Of a stretch of 64,000 nt of DNA, positions 10,299 to 20,071 are shown in pieces. The notes beneath the pieces are model-generated. The model searched no databases, was not told where the DNA came from, and saw only the letters and a program-made list of their open reading frames with translations. Both the position numbers and the translations under genes were made by a program. Source of the DNA: Crocinitomicaceae bacterium (lineage in GTDB: Bacteria; Bacteroidota; Bacteroidia; Flavobacteriales_D; Crocinitomicaceae); assembly GCA_033791225.1 (NCBI GenBank), contig JASJHD010000008.1:189814-253813 (forward strand), in the 5' to 3' direction. Each line of letters opens with the position of its first letter. Within the stretch, counting starts at the first letter, position 1.

Positions 10299-11184
10299 CT
10301 AATGGCTCCAGCGATTTATAGTATTGCTCTAATGTTGGCTTCAATAATTCGTAAATGTCTTTGTCAATTTTGTACTCTCCGTACCACACCAAATCATAGA
10401 TGCGCACGCATTCATTGAATTGATGCGAACCGGGTTGTTTGTGCATTTCTAACACATAATGATAATTGGTTTTTTCACGGCGCCACTGAATCCATCTTTT
10501 ACGGATCAATTCCTTAAGTATGAAGGTGAAATAAACTCGAATTCCTTCTCTATAGTTCTCATTCAATAGAGCTTCTTCGAGCTTTAATTCCAATTCTGTC
10601 TTGGTAATTACAATAGGGTTCCAATTGTTTTCAACGTCTATAGAATCTACCACCAATGCTGCATTGCTTGGCTTTCTGTTACGCACTATCAACCATACTA
10701 CAATAACGAGCACTGCAAAGATCAAAATGAACAAGAGCACATTCCAAAAAGAAGTTGGAATCTTCGGTGGATCAATATCGATATCTGGAGCATCAATGTC
10801 TGGAGCATCAATATCAGGAAGGTCAAGTGGCTCAGGCACATCAACTTCAGGATCTGATGGCAGGTCGCCATTTCCGCTTCCACCACGATTAAACCCGCGG
10901 TTCACTTCTCTGTCCTGTTGTAATTGCTGTGGACTGTATTGAATTCCAGAAGGTGTATATCCGCTACCACTAGGTGTACTAGTCCCATAAGTGGAGGTGA
11001 TATCTTCATCCATTGTGGCAGGATAAGAGCCGTACCAATCGTCTGGACCTTTGTATTTCTCCCCTTTTCGGTATTCGAGATAGTCTTTTTCACTTTCCCA
11101 AATTTCAACTTTGTCATCCTTTACTTGGGCTGTTGCCAACAAGGGAAATACAATGAATGCGATATGGAGTAGTTGCTTAATCAA
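10291..11184 (-). CDS. DUF4129-like protein with signal peptide, acidic PDIDA repeats and one TM helix
   Basis: The C-terminal part (NYREGIRVYFTFILKELIRKRWIQWRREKTNYHYVLEM...VRIYDLVWYGEY) resembles DUF4129. Overlaps of 8 nt occur at both ends. The apparent start is TTG. Confidence 0.6.
   Translation of the reverse strand: MIKQLLHIAFIVFPLLATAQVKDDKVEIWESEKDYLEYRKGEKYKGPDDWYGSYPATMDEDITSTYGTSTPSGSGYTPSGIQYSPQQLQQDREVNRGFNRGGSGNGDLPSDPEVDVPEPLDLPDIDAPDIDAPDIDIDPPKIPTSFWNVLLFILIFAVLVIVVWLIVRNRKPSNAALVVDSIDVENNWNPIVITKTELELKLEEALLNENYREGIRVYFTFILKELIRKRWIQWRREKTNYHYVLEMHKQPGSHQFNECVRIYDLVWYGEYKIDKDIYELLKPTLEQYYKSLEPLDE
10771..10825. repeat. Short in-frame 15-bp tandem repeat (encodes DAPDIDAPDID)
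   Basis: The units tctggagcatcaatg and tctggagcatcaata are adjacent, and flanking units are degenerate. Confidence 0.7.
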
Positions 11185-13120
11185 AATCTACAGGTGTTTC
11201 TTTGATTCTACTTCGTTTTCCGAATTTTTCATATTGCTTTCGAAGTCCGGCTGCATCTACTTTTTCTCGTCCTGTGAAGTATCCGAAGGCCATGGTTATT
11301 ACCACCAAAGGCATTACTCCTAAAAGAACGATAACATATACAAGTTGTCTAAAGGCGTTACTCCAAATCATGTAGTCCCCAGTAAATAGTTGAGCTATTC
11401 TTTTAACGAAATCGCTTACAACGTCAAGGGCATCAGACATCATTGGCTCTCCCGTCCAAGTATCATGAATACTAAAATACAAGGCAATTGGTTGAACAAG
11501 AATAAAGACGATCAAGAACAAGATACATACAAGAAGAATCGACTTCCAATAGTGTTGAGTACTGTATTTAAACCCTTCTCTAAATCGACTTCCTATTGAC
11601 CCTGTGCCAAGCCCCATTGATACCGCAATTAAGAAAGGAAGTGGAATCAAGAACAGGGCTGGAACGAAAAAGAACCAATTGATCCACATTGCAAAAACTC
11701 CTTGGAAAATCAACATGATTAAGCATAGTAGGAGATTCCCCAACCAAATACCGAAAAATCGTTGTTTGACAAATTGAAAGAAACTGCTCCAAGAAAATTT
11801 TTCATCAATGGAGTGGACACACCAAATAACTGAAGTAAATACAAATGCGGTGATGAAGGTCCAAAGTCCAAACACGATAAAGTCTTGCACATTGAGGAAG
11901 CTATACCCCATAATAAATTCCAATTGTGCGGCCCAGTCATACCAATATTCTGTCTGCTGTAAATTGTAATGATTAATATCTTGCAAGTACACAATCAGTA
12001 GAATCAGCGGTAATGTGATCCGAGTATTGATCTTGGCAAACTTGGAAAATTGCAAACGGTACATGCGGAATGAATCGGCCACGACTTCACCTACATTGCG
12101 AATTTTATAAAAATCAAATTTCTTGTTTTTATGGAAGTTTCCGACATCCTCTTTGTCCACCAATTCAGGATATTTTCGCGCTACGTGAATCGGGTAGAAG
12201 ACATATACGAATAAGATGATTGCGAATGAGAACATGATGATGGCCCATTTCGACCAATTTGGTAAATCTTGATAATTGGCAGTTACAAAACTCTCGAGAA
12301 ACCCTGCTGCAATAATAAAAGGCACTAGACTCAACATTATTTTCAACCCTCTTTTGGTAGAGAGCTGCAAAGATTGAAGTCGGGTATAGCTTTTGGGGAA
12401 GAGCAGCCCATTTCCGGCGGTTATCCCAGCACCTCCTGCCAAAACAATGGCCGAAATTTCAAATGCTCCGTGAATCCAAATCCCTAAGAAACTTGTAATA
12501 AGCAAGCCTTTTACATGAAAGAAGTATTGGAAAGAACCCAACATTACACCGTTGTAGAACAAGAGCATATGTGTGCCTAGTGTGAAGAAAAATCCTACGA
12601 AAAAGGTTAGAAAGGCGACTTTCAGGTTGTTGGTCGTAATCTGAATAAACATCGCAGTCTGGTTCTCGTCCTCATAGACCGCAAGCGGATTACCGTTCTG
12701 AATATTTTGAATAGTCATGTCAACGTAACCGTCCCCCAAAACATCTCTTGGGAATTCAGGATCAACGTACGTAGTAAAGGCACCAATTGCAGCATAGATC
12801 AAAAAAGCCACAAGTGCGAACAGGAGGTTTTTACGCGATCGATATATTTCTAAAGGCAGCGATATTTGCCAAACTGTGATAAATTTCTTTAATGATTCTC
12901 CTTTTTGCTTATGAACACCTGTATATACTTTTTGTGCGAGTTGATTTAAATACACACGTACTGTTCTTCTCTTGTAAAATGTCTGAGCATAACTAAGATC
13001 ATCAGTGATGTCCATGTATAAATCACTCAGTTCTTCAGGATCATTGGATTTTGACTCGTACAGTTCTTCGAAACGGTTCCACTTCTTCTTATTTTCTTCT
13101 ATAAACTTGGTTTCTTTCAA
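11177..13120 (-). CDS. SpoIIM-like polytopic membrane protein fused to a second ~300-aa multi-TM region
   Basis: The N-terminus (MKETKFIEENKKKWNRFEELYES...LSDLYMDITDDLSYAQTFY) and the following TM block look like the stage II sporulation protein M family members that head this cluster in Bacteroidota. Start is TTG. It is the first gene of the operon. Confidence 0.6.
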   Translation of the reverse strand: MKETKFIEENKKKWNRFEELYESKSNDPEELSDLYMDITDDLSYAQTFYKRRTVRVYLNQLAQKVYTGVHKQKGESLKKFITVWQISLPLEIYRSRKNLLFALVAFLIYAAIGAFTTYVDPEFPRDVLGDGYVDMTIQNIQNGNPLAVYEDENQTAMFIQITTNNLKVAFLTFFVGFFFTLGTHMLLFYNGVMLGSFQYFFHVKGLLITSFLGIWIHGAFEISAIVLAGGAGITAGNGLLFPKSYTRLQSLQLSTKRGLKIMLSLVPFIIAAGFLESFVTANYQDLPNWSKWAIIMFSFAIILFVYVFYPIHVARKYPELVDKEDVGNFHKNKKFDFYKIRNVGEVVADSFRMYRLQFSKFAKINTRITLPLILLIVYLQDINHYNLQQTEYWYDWAAQLEFIMGYSFLNVQDFIVFGLWTFITAFVFTSVIWCVHSIDEKFSWSSFFQFVKQRFFGIWLGNLLLCLIMLIFQGVFAMWINWFFFVPALFLIPLPFLIAVSMGLGTGSIGSRFREGFKYSTQHYWKSILLVCILFLIVFILVQPIALYFSIHDTWTGEPMMSDALDVVSDFVKRIAQLFTGDYMIWSNAFRQLVYVIVLLGVMPLVVITMAFGYFTGREKVDAAGLRKQYEKFGKRSRIKETPVDFD

Positions 13121-13196
13121 CTGGGTCGAGCAATTTTTCGAGAGTAGTAAATATAATTAGGAAAAGTGAATTAGAAACATAGTTCTCAATATATCG

Positions 13197-13204
13197 TAAT
13201 TTTG
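13197..13204 (+). promoter_or_regulatory. Candidate -7 box TAATTTTG upstream of 13264
   Basis: Exact TAnnTTTG match, 59 nt upstream of the ATG, in the divergent intergenic region. Confidence 0.3.
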
Positions 13205-13263
13205 TTAATCACAGCCACAACACTATTGATTCAAAATCTATCTGTATAATTATAAAAAAGCAT

Positions 13264-14508
13264 ATGTCCTTCCTCAAAAAATATTACACTTCTGAAAAGG
13301 CCATTGTTAATGCTGCTTTATTAATTTATCTGATTTCGCTGCTTTTTATTCTTCCATTTACAGCCTCCGATTCACTCTTGTTTTTTACGGTAGACTCTAA
13401 AGAATATTACTCCACCCTTATGGAGTTTTTTCAGTTTGATCAGACCGGATATTCGGAGACTAGACCCATTTTATACCCCTTGATTCTTTGGCTTCTACAT
13501 TCAGTTGGAGGCGCCACTTTAGTAACTTTTATTCAATTATTCTTGTGGCTGATTTCTGCCAATTTAATCTACTTTTCTGTAAAAAACTTTACTCAAAACA
13601 GAGTAGTGGCTGTACTTGCCTTAGTTTTATTCTCTTTAAACATCTCATTAATCGCTTTAACTTTTCATGCACTAACTGAAGTTGTAACTGTGTTCTTTCT
13701 ATCGCTTTTAATCTTCCAGTTAGTCAAACGTAAAGGCGTTCTATTTGAAATAAAAACGTACAAGATTGTAGTTTCCCTTTTTGTAGTATTGACGTTAATC
13801 AAACCTCTTTTCTTCATCCCGCTTCTTGCTTTTCTATTCATAGGAACTTTCTTTTATTTTAAAAAATTCAGCGCTCAACCCAAGAAAATTATTGGTGTAA
13901 TTATCATTCTTTTGCCGTTACTCTTTCAAATGACCGTGATGAAAACAAAGTATGATGAATTCACTGTCTCCAGAATTAGTGAATTGACTGTTCGGCGCTA
14001 TTTCGTCGCTCAGCGATTTGAACGCGTAGAAAATATTCCCCGAGAAGAGGCCATTATTCTCGCTGAAGAACTAACAAAAGATGAAGTTATCTCCAGCTTA
14101 CTGTCAGATCAGCCCCATTACTGGCAGTATTTTCATGAAAACGTAAATGAAAATATAAGCGGTATTCCTGTTTTTTTATCTCTATCTGAGACTCTCAAAC
14201 ATCCTGCATCCTTGGATCTCATGCAAAATTACAATGATTGGTATAAATCAGTTTATGGGATTTTCAAGTATCTTTTCCTCGGTTTCGTCTTTGTGCTCCT
14301 ATTGAAAAAGAAGATATTAGATAATGCAGTAATCATTTTTGTTTTTCTTCTATCATTTTACATTATCTGGACCACTGGAATCTCTTTTTCACAAGGAGAC
14401 AGGTTGACGCTCCCTAGTATTCCCCTTTCTATATTTGGATATCTCGTCTTAATACACATTGTAGTAAAGCAATGTGGAATTCTATTAAAGACCAAAAAAA
14501 ATAAGTGA
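13264..14508 (+). CDS. Polytopic membrane protein, function unknown
   Basis: The 414-aa ORF has roughly 10 or more hydrophobic segments and no diagnostic motif. Confidence 0.7.
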   Translation: MSFLKKYYTSEKAIVNAALLIYLISLLFILPFTASDSLLFFTVDSKEYYSTLMEFFQFDQTGYSETRPILYPLILWLLHSVGGATLVTFIQLFLWLISANLIYFSVKNFTQNRVVAVLALVLFSLNISLIALTFHALTEVVTVFFLSLLIFQLVKRKGVLFEIKTYKIVVSLFVVLTLIKPLFFIPLLAFLFIGTFFYFKKFSAQPKKIIGVIIILLPLLFQMTVMKTKYDEFTVSRISELTVRRYFVAQRFERVENIPREEAIILAEELTKDEVISSLLSDQPHYWQYFHENVNENISGIPVFLSLSETLKHPASLDLMQNYNDWYKSVYGIFKYLFLGFVFVLLLKKKILDNAVIIFVFLLSFYIIWTTGISFSQGDRLTLPSIPLSIFGYLVLIHIVVKQCGILLKTKKNK

Positions 14509-14559
14509 TTTCCAGGTCAGTTCTAATTTTTGTAAATTACTTCACAAATAAAATACGCT

Positions 14560-16425
14560 ATGAAAAGTCATCAACTACTCCTATTCAATTTCATGTTTTT
14601 ACTTTTCACATCTTCGGCACAGTTGACCCCAACTTTTGACGATATCATGATTCCAATGCGGGATGGTTTGAGTTTAGAAGCCGACATTTACATCCCTTCT
14701 GGGGTTGATTCTGCAGAGGTAATTCTCATCCAAACGCCTTATAACAAGGACCTTTTGAGTTGGTCATTGCCAATGGGAGTCCAGCAAAATTTAGATGGTC
14801 AGCCATTCATTTGGGTAATTGTTGATTGGCGTGGATTTTATGGTTCTTTTGGAGCTCTAATTCCACAACCCAATCGTGGAGAAGATGGCTATGATGTGTG
14901 TGAATGGATCAAAGATCAAATTTGGTTTAAAGACAGAATTGGAACTTGGGGACCGTCTGCTTTAGGAGGTGTGCAGTATTATTTAGCAAGAGAACAACAC
15001 CCAAATCATACCTGCGCGGTTCCTATGGTTGCAACAGCTCATCAATCTTACGATTCATACTTCACAAATGGTGTTTTAGAAAAAGCACGCTTGGAACAAT
15101 TAGATGCTCTAGGATATGGATTGTCCCCTATTGTTTTGGCTAATCCGTACGACAACATCACATGGCAATTCGCCGCAAGTACAACTTGGTTTCCTTCAGA
15201 CATTCATATTCCAACATTGCAAATTGGCGGATGGTATGATCACAATATTGACTTAATGATGGATTTTTACGAAGATGCACGAAACACTGCTGACATCACT
15301 GTTCAGGATGAACAATGGCTGTTGGTTGGACCATGGGTGCATGGCGGAACTGGAGCAGCCAATGTTGGAACCTCCATTCAAGGTGAACTTACTTACCCAA
15401 ATGCTGAATTTGTTAGCGATACGATGGCTTGGGATTTTCTCAATTACTATTTGCTAGATGCACCAAACAATTGGCAGAACACCGATAAAATTACGTATTA
15501 CGAACCTGGAATAGACGCCTGGAACTCGTCAAATGCTGCGAGCATTGAATCCTTGACCAACGACGTACTTTACTTCAATGATGGAGGAGCTTTATCTCCT
15601 TCGCTTGGTAGTGGATCGACTACATTGGTTTCAGATTCTCAAAACCCATCACCAACTATTGGTGGAGCAACATTGCACTCAACACTTGATCAGGGGCCAT
15701 ATGATCAATCAAGTTTAGAAGGAAGAAATGACATTTTGGTATTTTCAACGGCAACATTAGGTCAAGAAGTTACAATTTCTGGAAGAGTAGGCTTGAACTT
15801 GGAAATTGAGGCAGATCAGGAAGACTGCGACGTTTCCATTCGTTTGATTGATGAATATCCAGATGGTAGAAACATGTTAATCACGGATGGAATTGCACGC
15901 ATGCGTTTCAGAAATGGCTATGAACAGACAGATGAAGCATTTATGGTTACCGGCACCGTTTACAACAGACAATTTGATCTTCCATTTACTAATTATACAT
16001 GGCTCGCTGGACATAAGATAAAAGTGCTTGTTGGAGGAAATAGCTCGTACCGATGGGATGTTAACCTTCAAAATGGCGGACCTATGTACACTGCGGGGGA
16101 CACAAATATTGCGAACATCTCATTGCACCATAGCACGACTAATACATCGTCTATTACGCTTCCTGGTGATAATCCACATTTAGGGACAAATGAACTTTCA
16201 ACTATTGCTATGAACATTTACCCGAATCCGGTTCAAGACGAATTGATTGTTGATTCAAAGGTTGTATTCACCCATGTAGAAGTGATTGACCTCAGCGGAA
16301 GAGTTCTTATTTCAATGTCTAAGTTTGAAGGAACGCTGAATACGCAATCCTTAAATTCTGGTGTATATCTTTTACGTGTATCAGATGGGGAATCTTGGAC
16401 AGAGAAGCGATTTGTAAAATTCTAA
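14560..16425 (+). CDS. CocE/NonD (S15 X-Pro dipeptidyl-peptidase-like) hydrolase with T9SS type-A C-terminal domain
   Basis: Signal peptide; LIQTPYNKD, DWRGFYGS and GTWGPSALGG (nucleophile elbow). The C-terminus NIYPNPVQDELIV...SGVYLLRVSDG...KRFVKF is a typical T9SS sorting domain. Confidence 0.85.
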   Translation: MKSHQLLLFNFMFLLFTSSAQLTPTFDDIMIPMRDGLSLEADIYIPSGVDSAEVILIQTPYNKDLLSWSLPMGVQQNLDGQPFIWVIVDWRGFYGSFGALIPQPNRGEDGYDVCEWIKDQIWFKDRIGTWGPSALGGVQYYLAREQHPNHTCAVPMVATAHQSYDSYFTNGVLEKARLEQLDALGYGLSPIVLANPYDNITWQFAASTTWFPSDIHIPTLQIGGWYDHNIDLMMDFYEDARNTADITVQDEQWLLVGPWVHGGTGAANVGTSIQGELTYPNAEFVSDTMAWDFLNYYLLDAPNNWQNTDKITYYEPGIDAWNSSNAASIESLTNDVLYFNDGGALSPSLGSGSTTLVSDSQNPSPTIGGATLHSTLDQGPYDQSSLEGRNDILVFSTATLGQEVTISGRVGLNLEIEADQEDCDVSIRLIDEYPDGRNMLITDGIARMRFRNGYEQTDEAFMVTGTVYNRQFDLPFTNYTWLAGHKIKVLVGGNSSYRWDVNLQNGGPMYTAGDTNIANISLHHSTTNTSSITLPGDNPHLGTNELSTIAMNIYPNPVQDELIVDSKVVFTHVEVIDLSGRVLISMSKFEGTLNTQSLNSGVYLLRVSDGESWTEKRFVKF

Positions 16426-17465
16426 TGTCTTCTTGAGATTTGGAAATTTCCAATCTTAATAAAGAATCCACCTGGCTTATCTTCCGTTTTCTTCTGTCTT
16501 CGGAAATCAACTTCGGTATTAATGTTCTCTTGAACAAACTTTGTAAGGGGCTCAATTGGGTTTTCCATTTCTGCAAATGCCGTTGTTGCGTAGTCTCTAG
16601 TTGGACTTGTATTTTCAACGTTATCGTCGCTAAATGTTTCATCAGCAATTCCTTGAATTTCCTGATTTCCAAAAGTTGCTAAAATGTTATTGATTGGGCG
16701 TAATTCCATATTCTGAATTGGCGTCAATTGATCATTTAAAGAAGGCCGAGAACTATCTTGCACAGCAATACGATTGTCTAAATCAATATCGTTGTTCATT
16801 CTTGATTCAGTTTCGTTATTGAAGGCCACTTGCGGTACGGGTGTATCATTTTCATCAACGAAAACCCCGTTAGTTTCATCCTCCAATTCCTCTTGGATTC
16901 TTTCTTCTTGTAATTCTGGTGAGTCCTCTTGATCTTCTGCCACAGTAGTTCCTTGATCAAAAACTCCTGAAGTTGGAGAGCCCGACCAGAGCATGATGAA
17001 AGCAATAATTCCAGCTGCGGCAGCCACAGAAATGTATGGCCATAAAACAATTCCTTTCTCTTTCAGTCCTTCTTTGTCATCATATACTACATTCAAATCG
17101 GGAGAAAAGTAAACCGCAGTAAACAACGCCCTTTCTCGTTCAAGTTCTGGTGTATTTGCAACAAATTGCTCGAGTTCTTTTGCCTTCTCAATACTCAATA
17201 AACCTTCAGCATGTGATATCATGAAGAACTCAACATTCTCAAGGGTAATTATTTCCTCTCCTGAGTGTTGTTTCAAATCTTGTTTCACCCCAGCGGCCAA
17301 GATTAGATCTTCTGCATTGAAACTTGGAAGGCTTTCATCATCCATGACCAAGTCTGGGTTCTCTTTTAAGAACGCTAGCAACAACGCAGTATCCTCCTCG
17401 TTCAAGTTCCCTTCTAGGAAATCGAGGTAAAATGCTTCGTAATTAAAAATGCTAATTCGTTCCAT
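16422..17465 (-). CDS. Putative anti-sigma factor (single-pass membrane protein)
   Basis: It overlaps the ECF sigma gene stop by 1 nt. It has a cytoplasmic N-domain, one TM helix (VLWPYISVAAAAGIIAFIMLW) and an acidic periplasmic tail. The call rests on context only. Confidence 0.55.
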   Translation of the reverse strand: MERISIFNYEAFYLDFLEGNLNEEDTALLLAFLKENPDLVMDDESLPSFNAEDLILAAGVKQDLKQHSGEEIITLENVEFFMISHAEGLLSIEKAKELEQFVANTPELERERALFTAVYFSPDLNVVYDDKEGLKEKGIVLWPYISVAAAAGIIAFIMLWSGSPTSGVFDQGTTVAEDQEDSPELQEERIQEELEDETNGVFVDENDTPVPQVAFNNETESRMNNDIDLDNRIAVQDSSRPSLNDQLTPIQNMELRPINNILATFGNQEIQGIADETFSDDNVENTSPTRDYATTAFAEMENPIEPLTKFVQENINTEVDFRRQKKTEDKPGGFFIKIGNFQISRRH

Positions 17466-17947
17466 TATATCACCAGCTCTAATCGTTTTATATACTCTTT
17501 CAGTCCTTTGCGTGCACGAAAAATGTACACTTTCACTTGCGATTCGCTAAGCCCTGTTATTTTCGCAATCTCTGTATAATTGTACCCTTCGTAATCGCGT
17601 AATAAAACCACCGTCTTTTGCATTTCTGGTAGTTTCTCCATCGCATCATTCAACACCTCTTTCACATCAAAATTGATACTTGGGTCTTGTCTTTGTTCTT
17701 CTGCATTTTCAATGTCACCTGAACGTTTTTCTTTCTTTGCCCAATCAACAATTGCATGGTAGGCCGTGGTAAACAAATACGATTTCACTTTTTCGTAATT
17801 GATTTCCTCATGTTTTATCCAAACTTTCGTAAATGTTTCTTGTACAATATCTTTTGCCGACATCTCATTTCTAAGATGCTTCATCGCGAAACGGAAAATA
17901 TTATCCGAATATTCGTCTACCGATAAATTGTACTCTCTACGTGTCAT
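17465..17947 (-). CDS. ECF-type sigma-70 family RNA polymerase sigma factor
   Basis: The 160-aa protein shows region 2 (DIVQETFTKVWIKHEE) and region 4 (YEGYNYTEIAKITGLSESQVKVYIFRARKGLK). Confidence 0.9.
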   Translation of the reverse strand: MTRREYNLSVDEYSDNIFRFAMKHLRNEMSAKDIVQETFTKVWIKHEEINYEKVKSYLFTTAYHAIVDWAKKEKRSGDIENAEEQRQDPSINFDVKEVLNDAMEKLPEMQKTVVLLRDYEGYNYTEIAKITGLSESQVKVYIFRARKGLKEYIKRLELVI

Positions 17948-18088
17948 TTACAGTTTGCAAGTTACTCTTTTCCCCTTTCACCTTCTTTTCTCAACCGCTC
18001 AACTTCACTAATAAGACTTTCAACTTCTAAAAAAGTTACAGACGACTCAAAAATTGTATATTTAGGTTAAATAAAAATTTATAATACT

Positions 18089-18652
18089 ATGATGGGTTTA
18101 CTTATAGGTGGTGGAATTTTATTAATTCTTATCATTTGGTACATTTCGGCGAACAACAAATTGGTCGCGTTAAAAAACAACAGAGAAAATGCTTTTGCGG
18201 ACATTGATGTTCAATTGAAGCAACGGCACGATTTGATTCCTCAATTAATGGGAGCTGTTAAAGGTTACATGGACCATGAGTCTGGAGTTTTAACACGCGT
18301 TACTGAAGCACGCTCAAGAGCAATGGGTGCTGGAAGTGTAAATGATAAAATTTCGGCGGAAGCTGAGTTGGGTGCTGCGATGAGCGCATTTAACATTCAG
18401 GTTGAAGCATATCCAGATTTAAAGGCAAATACTAACTTCTTGCAATTACAGGGTGAGATCTCTGATATTGAAAACAAGTTGGCTGCTGTTAGACGTTACT
18501 TTAACTCTGCAACAAAAGAGTTGAACAACGCTATCGAATCTATTCCTTCGAACATTGTTGCGAACATGAAAGGAATGACACGTCAACCAATGTTTGATTT
18601 GGGTGAAGCACAACGTGCGACAATGGACAAAGCTCCAGAAGTTAAGTTCTGA
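18089..18652 (+). CDS. LemA family protein
   Basis: N-terminal TM helix plus LemA-type sequence (NKLVALKNNRENAFADIDVQLKQRHDLIPQL...YPDLKAN..F..LQ.E...EN.....RR.YN). Confidence 0.9.
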   Translation: MMGLLIGGGILLILIIWYISANNKLVALKNNRENAFADIDVQLKQRHDLIPQLMGAVKGYMDHESGVLTRVTEARSRAMGAGSVNDKISAEAELGAAMSAFNIQVEAYPDLKANTNFLQLQGEISDIENKLAAVRRYFNSATKELNNAIESIPSNIVANMKGMTRQPMFDLGEAQRATMDKAPEVKF

Positions 18653-18662
18653 TTTTTCCTGA

Positions 18663-19583
18663 ATGAAATACGTCGGATTACAGGGCCAAATCAGTAAAAA
18701 CAACAGGAAATCTATTCTAATGTTAATGGGATTTCCTGCCCTGATATTGGCTGCAACATATGCATTTGTTTACTTTCTCGGTGGCTATGACAATATTTAT
18801 GACATAAATATTATCTTTTTAGAAACGCTTCCGTTTGTACTTATCGGAGTGGCAATCTGGTTTCTGATTGCCTTTGCTTCTCACTCAGCTCTGATCAAAT
18901 TATCGACCGGAGCAAAATCACTCGAGCGAAAAGAAAATATGCGCATTTACAACCTTACGGAAAACCTCTGTATGTCAGTTGGAATAACGATGCCTCAATT
19001 GTATGTCATCGAGTCAGATGCCCTGAACGCTTTTGCCTCGGGAATTAACGAGAAATCGTACGCGGTCACATTGACGCGTGGGATTATTGAGACCTTGGAT
19101 GATAAAGAACTCGAAGGTGTTATTGCTCATGAGTTAACTCACATTCGAAACAGAGATGTTCGGTTGCTAATTATCTCTATCATTTTCGTTGGGATTTTTG
19201 GCTTCCTTGTTCAGATGATTTTACGAACACTTATTTTTGGAGGTAGAGGGCGTGGGAACAAAAAAGTAGATGGTCGAGTCATGCTCATTGCACTGGTGAT
19301 CGCTATTGTGGTCTATATTCTGTCTATACTTTTCAAGTTTGCACTGTCACGTAAACGGGAATACCTCGCTGATGCGGGTGCCGTTGAAATGACCAAAGAT
19401 CCGATGGCAATGGCTTCGGCTCTGCGTAAGATTTCTGGCAATAGTGAATTAGAACTTAAGAGTGATGACATGAAGCAAGCATTTATTGAAAACGGTCCGA
19501 AGAAGGAGGCTGTTGGATTATCTGGCTGGTTTGCAACGCATCCGCCGATCGCAAAGCGAATTGAGTTCTTAGAGAAAATGTAA
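18663..19583 (+). CDS. M48 family (HtpX-like) zinc metalloprotease
   Basis: TM helices, the HEXXH motif in VIAHELTHIRNRD, and a downstream EYLADAGA segment. Confidence 0.88.
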   Translation: MKYVGLQGQISKNNRKSILMLMGFPALILAATYAFVYFLGGYDNIYDINIIFLETLPFVLIGVAIWFLIAFASHSALIKLSTGAKSLERKENMRIYNLTENLCMSVGITMPQLYVIESDALNAFASGINEKSYAVTLTRGIIETLDDKELEGVIAHELTHIRNRDVRLLIISIIFVGIFGFLVQMILRTLIFGGRGRGNKKVDGRVMLIALVIAIVVYILSILFKFALSRKREYLADAGAVEMTKDPMAMASALRKISGNSELELKSDDMKQAFIENGPKKEAVGLSGWFATHPPIAKRIEFLEKM

Positions 19584-19594
19584 TTGGGGAATTT

Positions 19595-19966
19595 ATGTCA
19601 ATTGATCGAAATATTCCGCTCAAGAAGCCCTATATCTTCACACTAGTGTTGTTGATTATCGCTGGTGTTTTTTTAACACTCGTCGTTTGGTTTCAACAAA
19701 AAAGTGGAAGTGTTTTTGCCTTGGGCGCAATGGGAACACTGATTGGTACAGTAGTTTGTGGAGTGCTCAACTTGATTTACCTTATTCCATCTGAAAGTTT
19801 GTTTGTTCGTCTGATTACTCCAGGGGTTTGTTCGGTACTATTGTTTTTAACTCTGTTCCATTCATCTCCGACAGATCTATTAATTTTCTTATTCTTCGGT
19901 GTCGTTAATCTCTTACTTGGGATTTACTGGTACGTTTCGATTAATCGCTTGAAGAAAGAGAATTGA
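19595..19966 (+). CDS. Small membrane protein, unknown function
   Basis: The 123-aa ORF has 4 hydrophobic segments and follows the M48 gene by 11 nt. Confidence 0.6.
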   Translation: MSIDRNIPLKKPYIFTLVLLIIAGVFLTLVVWFQQKSGSVFALGAMGTLIGTVVCGVLNLIYLIPSESLFVRLITPGVCSVLLFLTLFHSSPTDLLIFLFFGVVNLLLGIYWYVSINRLKKEN

Positions 19967-20071
19967 AAACCACATGCTATGCTGACTTCAAAAAATGAAG
20001 GCCGTGGAGCTTCCGTAAGAACTATTCTTAACTTTAGAAGTCAAACTATTGACAATTAAAAAGACCAACCA

